From positions 3,527,262-3,591,261 of the forward strand of contig OZ244844.1 of assembly GCA_965220805.1 (NCBI GenBank): a DNA stretch of 64,000 nt, given 5' to 3'. This DNA comes from Alphaproteobacteria bacterium. Its GTDB lineage: Bacteria > Pseudomonadota > Alphaproteobacteria > SP197. Below are positions 33,950 to 42,826 of this stretch, in pieces. The translations under genes and the position numbers were made by a program. The notes beneath the pieces were generated by a model that had not been told where the DNA came from, searched no databases, and worked only from the letters and a program-made list of their open reading frames with translations. The first letter of the stretch is position 1; each line of letters opens with the position of its first letter.

Positions 33950-34738
33950 ATGGATCTGGAACTTCGTGGCAAGACTGTCCTGATCACCGGCGGATCACGC
34001 GGCATCGGCCTCGCCACGGCCCGTGTCTTCGCGTCGGAAGGGGCTGATCTCCATCTGGCCTCGAGGACGAGAGAGGATCTCGAATGTGCCAGGAACGCCA
34101 TCCGGAGCGAATTCGCGGTAGCCGTCGACATCCACGTGGCGGATCTCTCGAGCGGGGAAGAAGCGCGCGCGGTGGCGCACGCCTGCGCCGACGCCGACAT
34201 TATGGTGAACAATGCCGGCGCCATTCCGCTTGGCACATTGCTGGATGTCGACGACGAGACCTGGCGCGCCGCCTGGGATCTCAAGCTCTTCGGTTACATC
34301 ACGATGATGCGCGCCATGTACGATCAAATGAAGGCGCGCGGCCGGGGCGTGATCGTCAACAACATCGGCACGGCGGGCGATCAGGCACCATCCGGCTATG
34401 CCGCAGGGGTGACGGCCAATGGTGCGCTCGTCACCCTGACGCGGGCGCTCGGTGGAACGAGTCTCGACGATGGAATCAGGGTTGTTGGCATCAGTCCCGG
34501 TGACATGGAAAACGAGCGCGGCATCATGGCGCTCAAACACCATGCCTTGAAGAGATTCGGGGACAGCGACCGGTGGCGCGAGCTGATCTCCGGCATGCCC
34601 GGCGGGTCGCTCCCGGTTTCAGAGGACATGGCCCATGCCATCGTCTTTCTCGCCAGCCCCCGGGCACGTTTCATCAGCGGCGTGGTGCTCACCATCGACG
34701 GCGGCATGTGCGCACGCCAGGCGGTCATCGGCGGCTGA
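33950..34738 (+). CDS. Short-chain dehydrogenase/reductase (SDR)
   Basis: TGGSRGIG cofactor motif, NNAG, and catalytic region consistent with a classical SDR. Confidence 0.85.
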   Translation: MDLELRGKTVLITGGSRGIGLATARVFASEGADLHLASRTREDLECARNAIRSEFAVAVDIHVADLSSGEEARAVAHACADADIMVNNAGAIPLGTLLDVDDETWRAAWDLKLFGYITMMRAMYDQMKARGRGVIVNNIGTAGDQAPSGYAAGVTANGALVTLTRALGGTSLDDGIRVVGISPGDMENERGIMALKHHALKRFGDSDRWRELISGMPGGSLPVSEDMAHAIVFLASPRARFISGVVLTIDGGMCARQAVIGG

Positions 34739-34942
34739 AGAGCACATCGACACCGGACTGCCGGCCGTGATCCCCTCGTCGCCACGATGGGACTGAAGCA
34801 ACGCGGGACAAACAGCTCTCACGCGGGATGGTCGTGACGGTCCCGCAGCCCCTCGGACGATCTTTCATTCTTCGGGTTGCCTTCATCACGACATGGCGGC
34901 ATGCCATACTTCCTGTTCCTGTCGACCTGCGGAGTGCCGGCC

Positions 34943-36766
34943 ATGCGTCTCGTGCCCATTCTTGTTGTCCTGGTGCTGGCAGCGGGGGCCGCGCTGGCCG
35001 AAACGGTGCGGGAGTCCCACGGAATCTCGCGGTACGGCGACCTCAAGTACGACGAGACCTTCCGTCACTTCGACTATGTCAATCCCGACGCGCCCAAGGG
35101 CGGCGAGGCCCGGCTCTTCGGCTTCGGCGGTTTCGACACTCTCAACGCCTACAGCCTCAGGGGGCGCAAGGCGGCGGGTCTCTCGAGGCTCTATGACACC
35201 CTGCTGAAAGAGTCGAATGATGAACCGACCGCGGCCTACGGACTGCTGGCCGATCGCGTGCGGGTACCAGACGATCACTCCTGGGTCGCCTTCCGCTTGC
35301 GCGCCGAAGCACGATGGCATGATGGCACGCCGGTCACGGCGGACGATGTGGTCTGGAGTCTCGAAACCCTGCGCGAGAGCGGTCTGCCTTTCTACGCCGC
35401 GTACTATGCCAATGTCACCGAAGCGGTCGTCGAGGACGGTGGCTGGGTGCGCTTCACATTTGATGGTCCGGGTAATGTCGAACTGCCGCTGATTCTGGGT
35501 GATCTTCCGGTGCTGCCACGCCATTGGTACGAGGGCCGGAGTTTCGAGGAGGCCAGCCTCGAGTTCCCCATGGGAAGCGGACCCTACAAGGTCATAGACG
35601 TCGACCCGGGGCGTTCCATCACCTACGCGCGCCACGAGGACTACTGGGGCGCTGGTCTTCCGGTCAATTCCGGATTCTACAACTTCGATCGCATTCGCTA
35701 CGACGAGTATCTCGATCTCGACATCGCCATGGAGGCCTTCAAGGCACACGAGTACGACGTTCGTTCGGAGAACAATTCCAAGCGCTGGGCAACGTCCTAC
35801 AGCGGCAGCATCTTCGATGACGGTCTGGTCATCGTCGAGAAGATCGTACACAGCCGTCCCCAGGGCATGCAGGGATTCGTCTTCAACCTGCGCCGCGAGA
35901 AATTCGCCGATCCGAGGGTCCGTCAGGCACTTGCCCTGGCCTTCGATTTCGAGTGGGCCAACCAGAACCTCTTCTACGGCCAGTACCTGCGATCGGTGAG
36001 CTATTTTTCCAATTCGGAACTTGCCGCCAGCGGCGCCCCGGATGATGCCGAACGCGCCCTGCTGGAGCACTATGCCGACGACCTTCCGGACTCTGTCTTC
36101 GGCGAGGCTCCCGTACCACCGGTCACCGACGGGTCCGGCAACATCAGGACCAATCTGCGCAAGGCAAAGGCCCTGCTGGCAGAGGCAGGCTGGACAGTCG
36201 AGGACGGCGTGTTGACCGGTCCATCAGGAACACCCATGGAAATCGAGTTCCTCATGGTCCAGCCGGCATTCGAACGCATTCTCCAACCGTTTCGCGCCCA
36301 GCTCGAGCGCCTCGGAGCCCGCCTGGAGATCCGGTCCATCGATGCCGCCCAGTACAAGGAACGCCTCGACAATTTCGATTTCGACATGGTGGTGTCCAGT
36401 TTCGGCCAGTCGCGCTCGCCAGGCAATGAACAGAGAAACTACTGGGGCTCGGCAGCCGCCGACATTCCCGGAAGCAACAACCTTGCCGGCATCAGGAGTC
36501 CGGTGATCGACGCCCTTGTCGAAGAGATCATCTATGCTGGCACCCGAGCGGACCTCGTGACGGCATCGCGGGTTCTCGACCGGGTGCTGCGCCACGGCCA
36601 CTATGTCATTCCCAACTGGCACATCACCTACGACCGGGTCGCCTGGTGGGACAGGTTCGGACAGCCTGACATCGTTTCCGACGACGGCATCGTTCTCGAC
36701 ACCTGGTGGATTGATGCCGGGAGGGATGCGGCGCTCAAGGAGCGAATCGGCACGGATAACGACTGA
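34943..36766 (+). CDS. yejA: Family-5 (peptide/microcin C-type) periplasmic binding protein, YejA-like
   Basis: Signal peptide MRLVPILVVLVLAAGAALA; ~600-aa SBP at the head of a yejABEF-ordered operon. Confidence 0.75.
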   Translation: MRLVPILVVLVLAAGAALAETVRESHGISRYGDLKYDETFRHFDYVNPDAPKGGEARLFGFGGFDTLNAYSLRGRKAAGLSRLYDTLLKESNDEPTAAYGLLADRVRVPDDHSWVAFRLRAEARWHDGTPVTADDVVWSLETLRESGLPFYAAYYANVTEAVVEDGGWVRFTFDGPGNVELPLILGDLPVLPRHWYEGRSFEEASLEFPMGSGPYKVIDVDPGRSITYARHEDYWGAGLPVNSGFYNFDRIRYDEYLDLDIAMEAFKAHEYDVRSENNSKRWATSYSGSIFDDGLVIVEKIVHSRPQGMQGFVFNLRREKFADPRVRQALALAFDFEWANQNLFYGQYLRSVSYFSNSELAASGAPDDAERALLEHYADDLPDSVFGEAPVPPVTDGSGNIRTNLRKAKALLAEAGWTVEDGVLTGPSGTPMEIEFLMVQPAFERILQPFRAQLERLGARLEIRSIDAAQYKERLDNFDFDMVVSSFGQSRSPGNEQRNYWGSAAADIPGSNNLAGIRSPVIDALVEEIIYAGTRADLVTASRVLDRVLRHGHYVIPNWHITYDRVAWWDRFGQPDIVSDDGIVLDTWWIDAGRDAALKERIGTDND

Positions 36767-36780
36767 CCGAAGGCAGCGTC

Positions 36781-37863
36781 ATGTTCGCCTACATTGTCCG
36801 GCGCCTGCTGTTCATCGCCCCTACGCTGTTCGCCATCATGATGATCAATTTCGTCATCGTGCAGTTCGTGCCGGGCGGGCCCGTCGAACGCATCCTTGCC
36901 GAACTCGAAGGCACGGCCGTCGGCGCCACGGCCAGGGTTGCAGGCTCTGGCAGTGACGTACAGTCCGCGGGAGAATCGCTCTACCGCGGGGCGCAGGGAC
37001 TGCCGGACGGTTTCGTCGAGAAACTCGAGAAGATGTACGGCCTCGACAAGCCACCGGTCGAGCGATTCCTTCTGATGATGGAGAATTACCTCACCTTCGA
37101 CTTCGGGGAGAGTGCCTTCCGGAGCCGGAGCGTCGTCGATCTCATTGTCGAAAAGATGCCTGTCTCCATTTCCCTTGGACTATGGACGACGCTCGTCGTC
37201 TACATCGTGTCCATCCCCTTAGGGATCGCCAAGGCAAGGCGTGACGGCAGCGCCTTCGACGTGTGGACAAGCGGCACGATTATCCTGGGATACGCCATCC
37301 CGGGTTTCCTGTTCGCCATCCTCCTCGTGGTGCTGTTCGCCGGCGGATCCTACTGGAAGCTCTTCCCGTTGCGCGGTCTCGTTTCTCCGGGTTTCGAGGA
37401 CATGAGCACCCTGGGCCAGATTGCTGACTACTTCTGGCACCTGGCACTGCCCCTGACGGCCCTCATCATCGGCAGCTTCGCCACGCTGACCATGCTCACC
37501 AAGAATTCCTTCATCGACCAGATCCGAAGCCAGTACGTCACGACAGCACGCGCCAAGGGGCTGAGCGAGCGGCGGGTCCTCTACGGCCACGTGTTCCGCA
37601 ACGGCATGCTCATCATCATTGCCGGCTTTCCCGGGGCCATCATCGGCATCCTCTTCACGGGCGCGCTCCTCATCGAGATCATCTTCTCACTCGACGGCCT
37701 CGGACTGCTCGGTTACGAGGCAGCCATTGACCGGGACTATCCGGTCATGTTCGCAACTCTCTACATTTTCACCCTTCTCGGCCTCGTCCTGAATCTCGTC
37801 GGCGACCTGATGTATGTCATCGTCGATCCGCGTATCGACTTCGAAAGCCGGGATGTCGGATGA
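36781..37863 (+). CDS. yejB: ABC permease, YejB-like
   Basis: MFAYIVRRLLFIAPTLFAIMMINFVIVQFVPGGP N-terminus typical of DppB/YejB permeases; 360 aa. Confidence 0.8.
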   Translation: MFAYIVRRLLFIAPTLFAIMMINFVIVQFVPGGPVERILAELEGTAVGATARVAGSGSDVQSAGESLYRGAQGLPDGFVEKLEKMYGLDKPPVERFLLMMENYLTFDFGESAFRSRSVVDLIVEKMPVSISLGLWTTLVVYIVSIPLGIAKARRDGSAFDVWTSGTIILGYAIPGFLFAILLVVLFAGGSYWKLFPLRGLVSPGFEDMSTLGQIADYFWHLALPLTALIIGSFATLTMLTKNSFIDQIRSQYVTTARAKGLSERRVLYGHVFRNGMLIIIAGFPGAIIGILFTGALLIEIIFSLDGLGLLGYEAAIDRDYPVMFATLYIFTLLGLVLNLVGDLMYVIVDPRIDFESRDVG

Positions 37864-38903
37864 GGTTCAGCAGCCACAGGTTGGATCCCATCACGCGACG
37901 GCGCCTGACCAATTTCCAGGCCAACAGACGCGGCTACTGGTCCTTCCGGATCTTCCTCGTCCTCTTCGCCTTCACCTTGCCGGCAGAGTTGATTGCAAAT
38001 GACCGGCCCCTTGCCGTGTGGTTCGACGGTGCTCTCTACGTACCCGTGCTGACGGCCTACCCCGAGACGGTATTCGGTGGCGATTTCGAGACCGAGGCGG
38101 ACTACCGCGATCCCTTCGTCAAGGATCTCATCCATGATGGGGGCGGGTGGATCGTCTGGCCTCTCATTGCCTACGACTACCGCACCATCAACTACGATCT
38201 TCCGAGTCCGGCGCCCTCCCCTCCGACCGCCGAAAACTGGCTTGGAACGGATGATCAGGGACGTGACGTCGCGGCGCGAGTCATCTACGCCTTTCGCCTC
38301 TCGGTTCTCTTCGGTCTCGTCCTGACACTCGTTTCATCCGTCATCGGAATCGCCGCCGGCGCCGTCCAGGGCTACTACGGGGGCTGGATCGACCTTCTGG
38401 CGCAACGCGCCCTCGAGGTGTGGGGCGGCATACCGGTGCTCTACATCCTCATCATTCTGGCAAGTGTCATCGTTCCCGGATTCTGGACCCTTCTCGGTCT
38501 TCTCGTCCTGTTCTCGTGGACGGCTCTCGTGGGCCTGGTCCGGGCAGAGTTCCTGCGCACCAGGAACTTCGACTATGTCAAGGCAGCGCGGGCACTGGGG
38601 GTGACCGACAGGGTCATCATGGTGCGCCACGTGCTGCCCAATGCGATGGTGTCGACCCTGACCTTCCTGCCCTTCATTCTCAATGGTTCGATCACCACGC
38701 TCACGGCTCTCGACTTTCTCGGATTCGGTCTGCCGCCGGGCTCACCCTCGCTTGGAGAGCTGCTGAACCAGGGGCGCAACAACCTTCAGGCGCCATGGCT
38801 TGGATTGACGGGATTTGCCGTCGTCGCACTGATGCTCTCTCTCCTCACATTCACCGGAGAGGCCGTGCGCGATGCCTTCGATCCCCGGAAGTTGCCGTCA
38901 TGA
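37860..38903 (+). CDS. yejE: ABC permease, YejE-like
   Basis: DppC/YejE-type permease (WLGTDDQGRDV motif). 4-nt overlap with yejB. Confidence 0.8.
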   Translation: MRFSSHRLDPITRRRLTNFQANRRGYWSFRIFLVLFAFTLPAELIANDRPLAVWFDGALYVPVLTAYPETVFGGDFETEADYRDPFVKDLIHDGGGWIVWPLIAYDYRTINYDLPSPAPSPPTAENWLGTDDQGRDVAARVIYAFRLSVLFGLVLTLVSSVIGIAAGAVQGYYGGWIDLLAQRALEVWGGIPVLYILIILASVIVPGFWTLLGLLVLFSWTALVGLVRAEFLRTRNFDYVKAARALGVTDRVIMVRHVLPNAMVSTLTFLPFILNGSITTLTALDFLGFGLPPGSPSLGELLNQGRNNLQAPWLGLTGFAVVALMLSLLTFTGEAVRDAFDPRKLPS

Positions 38904-40522
38904 CGCTCCTTGATGTCCGCGATCTCACGGTCCGATTCAAGGTGGAGAATCGCATCATCGATGCCGTCAGGAACGTGAGTTTCTCCATCGCCCCGTCCGA
39001 GACACTTGCCCTTGTCGGCGAGTCGGGGTCCGGCAAGTCGGTCACGGCTCTTTCCATTCTTCGCCTCGTCGCTTCCGGGCATTCGTCCGGTGAGGTCATT
39101 TTCCGGGGCGACAATCTCGTCGGCATGCCGGAACGGGACCTGCGTCAGGTACGAGGCAACCGGATTTCCATGATCTTCCAGGAGCCGATGACGTCCCTCA
39201 ATCCACTCCATTCCATTTCCCGGCAGATCGCAGAGCCTCTGGTCGTTCACCAGGGCATGACGGCCCAGGCGGCCGCAAGGCGGGTGCGCGAACTCATGGA
39301 CCTCGTCGGACTGGGCGATCTGGCGGACCGGGTTCATGACTACCCCCACACGCTTTCGGGAGGCCAGCGCCAGCGCGTGATGATCGCCATGGCGCTGGCC
39401 TGCGAACCGGATCTCCTGATCGCTGATGAACCGACAACCGCCCTCGATGTCACGGTGGAAGCCCGCATTCTCGAACTGCTGGGCTCCCTCCAGCGACAAC
39501 TGTCGATGGCCGTTCTCTTCATTACCCACAACCTCTCCATCGTCCACCGGTTTGCCGATCACGTGGCGGTGATGGATGGTGGCCGGATCGTCGAATCGGG
39601 AACCGTCGCCGATGTCTTCACCCGCCCGCAGCATGCGTCGACCCAACATCTTCTCACCTCACAACCCCGTGGCAGGCCGCAGCCGGTTCCACAAGAGAGC
39701 GCAAGGCGTCTCGATGCCCGGTCCCTGAAGGTCTGGTTCCCTGTCCACGCAGGCGTGTTCAGAAGGACGGTCGGTCATGTCAAGGCCGTCGACGGCATCG
39801 ACCTGGCAGTCCGAGGCCGCGAGACCATCGGCATCGTCGGTGAATCGGGATCCGGAAAATCGACGCTTGGTATGGCCATCCTGCGGCTCATCACCAGTGA
39901 AGGCGACATCAGCTACGAAAACCGCAGCCTGCAGGGGCTGGGTTTCCGGGACCTCAGACCACTGCGCCGGGAACTTCAGATCATCTTCCAGGATCCCTTC
40001 GGCTCGCTGTCGCCACGCATGTCGGTAGCCGGCATCATCGAAGAGGGACTGAAGGTCCACGGCATGGGGAAGAGTCCATCAGGCCGCCGCGAGCTGGTTG
40101 CCGAAGCTCTCCACGAGGTCGGTCTCGAGCCCGCCATGATGGATCGTTATCCCCACGAGTTCTCCGGGGGTCAACGCCAGCGCATCGCCATCGCCCGCGC
40201 GATGATCCTCAAACCGAGGGTCGTCGTTCTCGACGAACCGACAAGCGCCCTCGACATGTCGGTACAATCCCAGATCATCACGTTGCTGCGCCGGCTTCAG
40301 GACGATCACGATCTCGCCTATCTCTTCATCAGTCACGACCTCAGGGTGGTGCGTGCGATGAGCCATCATGTCCTGGTGATGAAGGCGGGGCGCGTGGTCG
40401 AATCGGGAAGCGCTCACGACATCTTCGAAACACCGAAATCCGCGTACACCCGCGCCCTGATGGCTGCGGTCAGCGACACCGGCGGGGCATGGGCACGATC
40501 CGGACAGGATCCGGCGTGCTGA
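38900..40522 (+). CDS. yejF: Tandem-domain ABC ATPase, YejF-like
   Basis: Two full ABC cassettes (GESGSGKS x2, LSGGQRQR x2). ATG 38900 overlaps the yejE stop. The track ORF from 38420 is an out-of-context extension. Confidence 0.9.
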   Translation: MTLLDVRDLTVRFKVENRIIDAVRNVSFSIAPSETLALVGESGSGKSVTALSILRLVASGHSSGEVIFRGDNLVGMPERDLRQVRGNRISMIFQEPMTSLNPLHSISRQIAEPLVVHQGMTAQAAARRVRELMDLVGLGDLADRVHDYPHTLSGGQRQRVMIAMALACEPDLLIADEPTTALDVTVEARILELLGSLQRQLSMAVLFITHNLSIVHRFADHVAVMDGGRIVESGTVADVFTRPQHASTQHLLTSQPRGRPQPVPQESARRLDARSLKVWFPVHAGVFRRTVGHVKAVDGIDLAVRGRETIGIVGESGSGKSTLGMAILRLITSEGDISYENRSLQGLGFRDLRPLRRELQIIFQDPFGSLSPRMSVAGIIEEGLKVHGMGKSPSGRRELVAEALHEVGLEPAMMDRYPHEFSGGQRQRIAIARAMILKPRVVVLDEPTSALDMSVQSQIITLLRRLQDDHDLAYLFISHDLRVVRAMSHHVLVMKAGRVVESGSAHDIFETPKSAYTRALMAAVSDTGGAWARSGQDPAC

Positions 40523-40540
40523 ATTCTGGAGGAAAGCACC

Positions 40541-41473
40541 ATGGCACTTCTCTACATGAGCGGACACAGCGACGGTCCGGTGTGGGAGGCATGTCTCGCT
40601 CCCCATTTTCCCGGCCTCGACTTTCGCGTCCATCCTGACAGCGGCTCGCCCGAAGACATCGATGCCGCCCTGGTCTGGAATCATCCTCTTGACGATCTGG
40701 CGCGTTTTCCCCGCCTCAGGCTCGTCATGTCCCTTGGTGCCGGCGTCGACCATATCTTGGCGTCACGTCATCTGGTTCCTCATGGCGTCGCCCTGACACG
40801 CATTGTCGACCCCGCCATGACCGCGCAGATGACCGGCTGGTGCGTGATGGTCATGCTCGACCACCTGCGCCGCATGGAAGACTACCGCCGGCTCCACAGG
40901 GAGCGCCGCTATGAAGAGCTCGAGGTGCTGCTACCGCGCGATGTCACGGTAGGTATCCTGGGACTCGGCGTGCTCGGCGGGGACTGTGCCCGTGTCATCA
41001 CGGCGATGGGCTACCAGGTCAGGGGATGGAGCAGGTCGCCGCGCCACGTCGAAGGCGTGACCTGCCATTCGGGAATGAAGGCACTCGAGGAATTCCTGGG
41101 GCCCTGTGATGTCGTGATATGCCTGTTGCCGCTCACCGGAGAAACCGAAGGCATCCTGAATGCCCGCACGATGTCCTGGATGAAACCGGGAGCCTTTCTC
41201 ATCAATGCCGCACGGGGCGGCCATGTCGTGGAGGAAGATCTTGTTCGGGCGATCGACGATGGTCGTCTCGCCGGCGCCGCGCTCGATGTCCAGCGCCAGG
41301 AACCCATGCCTGACGACCATCCGTTCTGGTATCACCCGAAGATCATGACCTTTCCGCACATCGCGGCCCTGACCGTACCGGAAACCAGCGCTCCCCAGAT
41401 TGCCGAGAACTTTCGGCGGCTGCGTACCGGCAAGCCCTTCATCAATGTCGTGGATCTCGAGCGCGGCTACTGA
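40541..41473 (+). CDS. D-isomer-specific 2-hydroxyacid dehydrogenase (GhrA-like glyoxylate/hydroxypyruvate reductase)
   Basis: NAD-binding GILGLGVLGG, catalytic region INAARGGHVVEEDL, and HPKIMTFPHIAA C-terminal motif. Confidence 0.8.
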   Translation: MALLYMSGHSDGPVWEACLAPHFPGLDFRVHPDSGSPEDIDAALVWNHPLDDLARFPRLRLVMSLGAGVDHILASRHLVPHGVALTRIVDPAMTAQMTGWCVMVMLDHLRRMEDYRRLHRERRYEELEVLLPRDVTVGILGLGVLGGDCARVITAMGYQVRGWSRSPRHVEGVTCHSGMKALEEFLGPCDVVICLLPLTGETEGILNARTMSWMKPGAFLINAARGGHVVEEDLVRAIDDGRLAGAALDVQRQEPMPDDHPFWYHPKIMTFPHIAALTVPETSAPQIAENFRRLRTGKPFINVVDLERGY

Positions 41474-42534
41474 GCGGGAGAAGGATCCGCTATCGGGACA
41501 TCCGAAAGATCGAGTCCGGCTTCGATATAATAGGCGGCCGCGCCGGGGTGCAACGGCACGGCGGCGCCGAGCAGTGCATTGGAGAGCTTCATCTGTCGCG
41601 CTGCGGGATGCCCCGAGGCAAGCTGTTCGCTGTTGTTGGAGTGCCAAAGCGCCCGCGTGATCCGATAGACCAGGTCCTCGGTCGCGGCGTGTGTCACGAT
41701 CCACTGCACTCCGATCGCCAGGGTGGTGACGTGGGAGAGGCCCGGATAGGACCCTTCCGGAACCACCGACAGGGAAAAGAAGGGGTGGTCGACGAGAAGG
41801 CCAAGCGCATGTTCCGCAGGTATCGGCAAGAGATCGGCGATCCCTTCCTCGACAAGGTCGAACACGGAATTGGCGGGGTATCCGGCAATGACGAAGAGTC
41901 CGTCAAGGTCACCTGCTCTCATCATGGAGACGGCGGGGCCGTGCTTGATGTAGCGAACATCGAGATCGACATCGCTGAGACCGTAGGCATCAAGAATGAT
42001 CCTCGCGGCGACCAGCGTTCCCGACCCTTCGACATCCAGTGATATTCGCTTGCCGGCCAGGTCCGGAATCGCCGCGATGCCGGCATCGCGCCTGACGACG
42101 ATGTGGATCACCTCGGGATAGAGGCTGCCAATCAACCGCAGTTGCCGCCGCGGGGCGCTGCCGGCAAAGATGCCGGTCCCCGTGTAGGCCCAATAGACGA
42201 CATCCGACTGGGAAAACCCCGATTCCACTTCGCCCGAGACGACCGATCCGATGTTCTCGACAGCGCCTTCCGACGACAGGGCCGTCGCCAGGAGTCCGGG
42301 CACACAGCTGCCGCCATCCTCTTCGCAGTCCGGCCCGCCCGGCGGACCGGAAATCACCGTGGCCACGAGTGCCCCTACCGGATAGAAGGTCCCGGCTGTG
42401 CCGCCGGTTGCAATGCGGAAGAATGTCAGTTCGGTATCGGCCAGAAGTCCTGACGGCACCAGCGCCGCCACGACGCCACCGGCTCCCGCAGCCAGTGCCG
42501 ATCGGCGCGGCATTCCCGATACCGGCTTGACCAT
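41467..42534 (-). CDS. TAXI-family TRAP transporter solute-binding protein; no membrane component adjacent
   Basis: FFRIATGGTAGTFYPVGALVA signature of TAXI receptors; RRSALAAGAG Tat-like signal. Start is ambiguous (42570, 42534 or 42513). Confidence 0.8.
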   Translation of the reverse strand: MVKPVSGMPRRSALAAGAGGVVAALVPSGLLADTELTFFRIATGGTAGTFYPVGALVATVISGPPGGPDCEEDGGSCVPGLLATALSSEGAVENIGSVVSGEVESGFSQSDVVYWAYTGTGIFAGSAPRRQLRLIGSLYPEVIHIVVRRDAGIAAIPDLAGKRISLDVEGSGTLVAARIILDAYGLSDVDLDVRYIKHGPAVSMMRAGDLDGLFVIAGYPANSVFDLVEEGIADLLPIPAEHALGLLVDHPFFSLSVVPEGSYPGLSHVTTLAIGVQWIVTHAATEDLVYRITRALWHSNNSEQLASGHPAARQMKLSNALLGAAVPLHPGAAAYYIEAGLDLSDVPIADPSPAQ

Positions 42535-42826
42535 CACCCGTTTCCCTCTTGCCGACAGACGCCCTGCCAACTCCTCCTCACTCTACGATAGCAGACCTTC
42601 CACGTCATGCCGTCTCCAACGGGTACCTCGCGCGGTGCCCAAGGTCGACACTGTATTCCGTGCAAGGGTCATGGACGTCGGGAGCAAACGGGAATGGTGT
42701 TGGCGTGGAATTGGCAGCCGGGGAATGCGCGATCGATACGGTTGAAGAAGCCGGTATCGGGTTCAATCATGCTGCTGCAAGGGGTGCGACAAAGATACCT
42801 GAAGAGGCGGGAACCGGAGGCACGCC

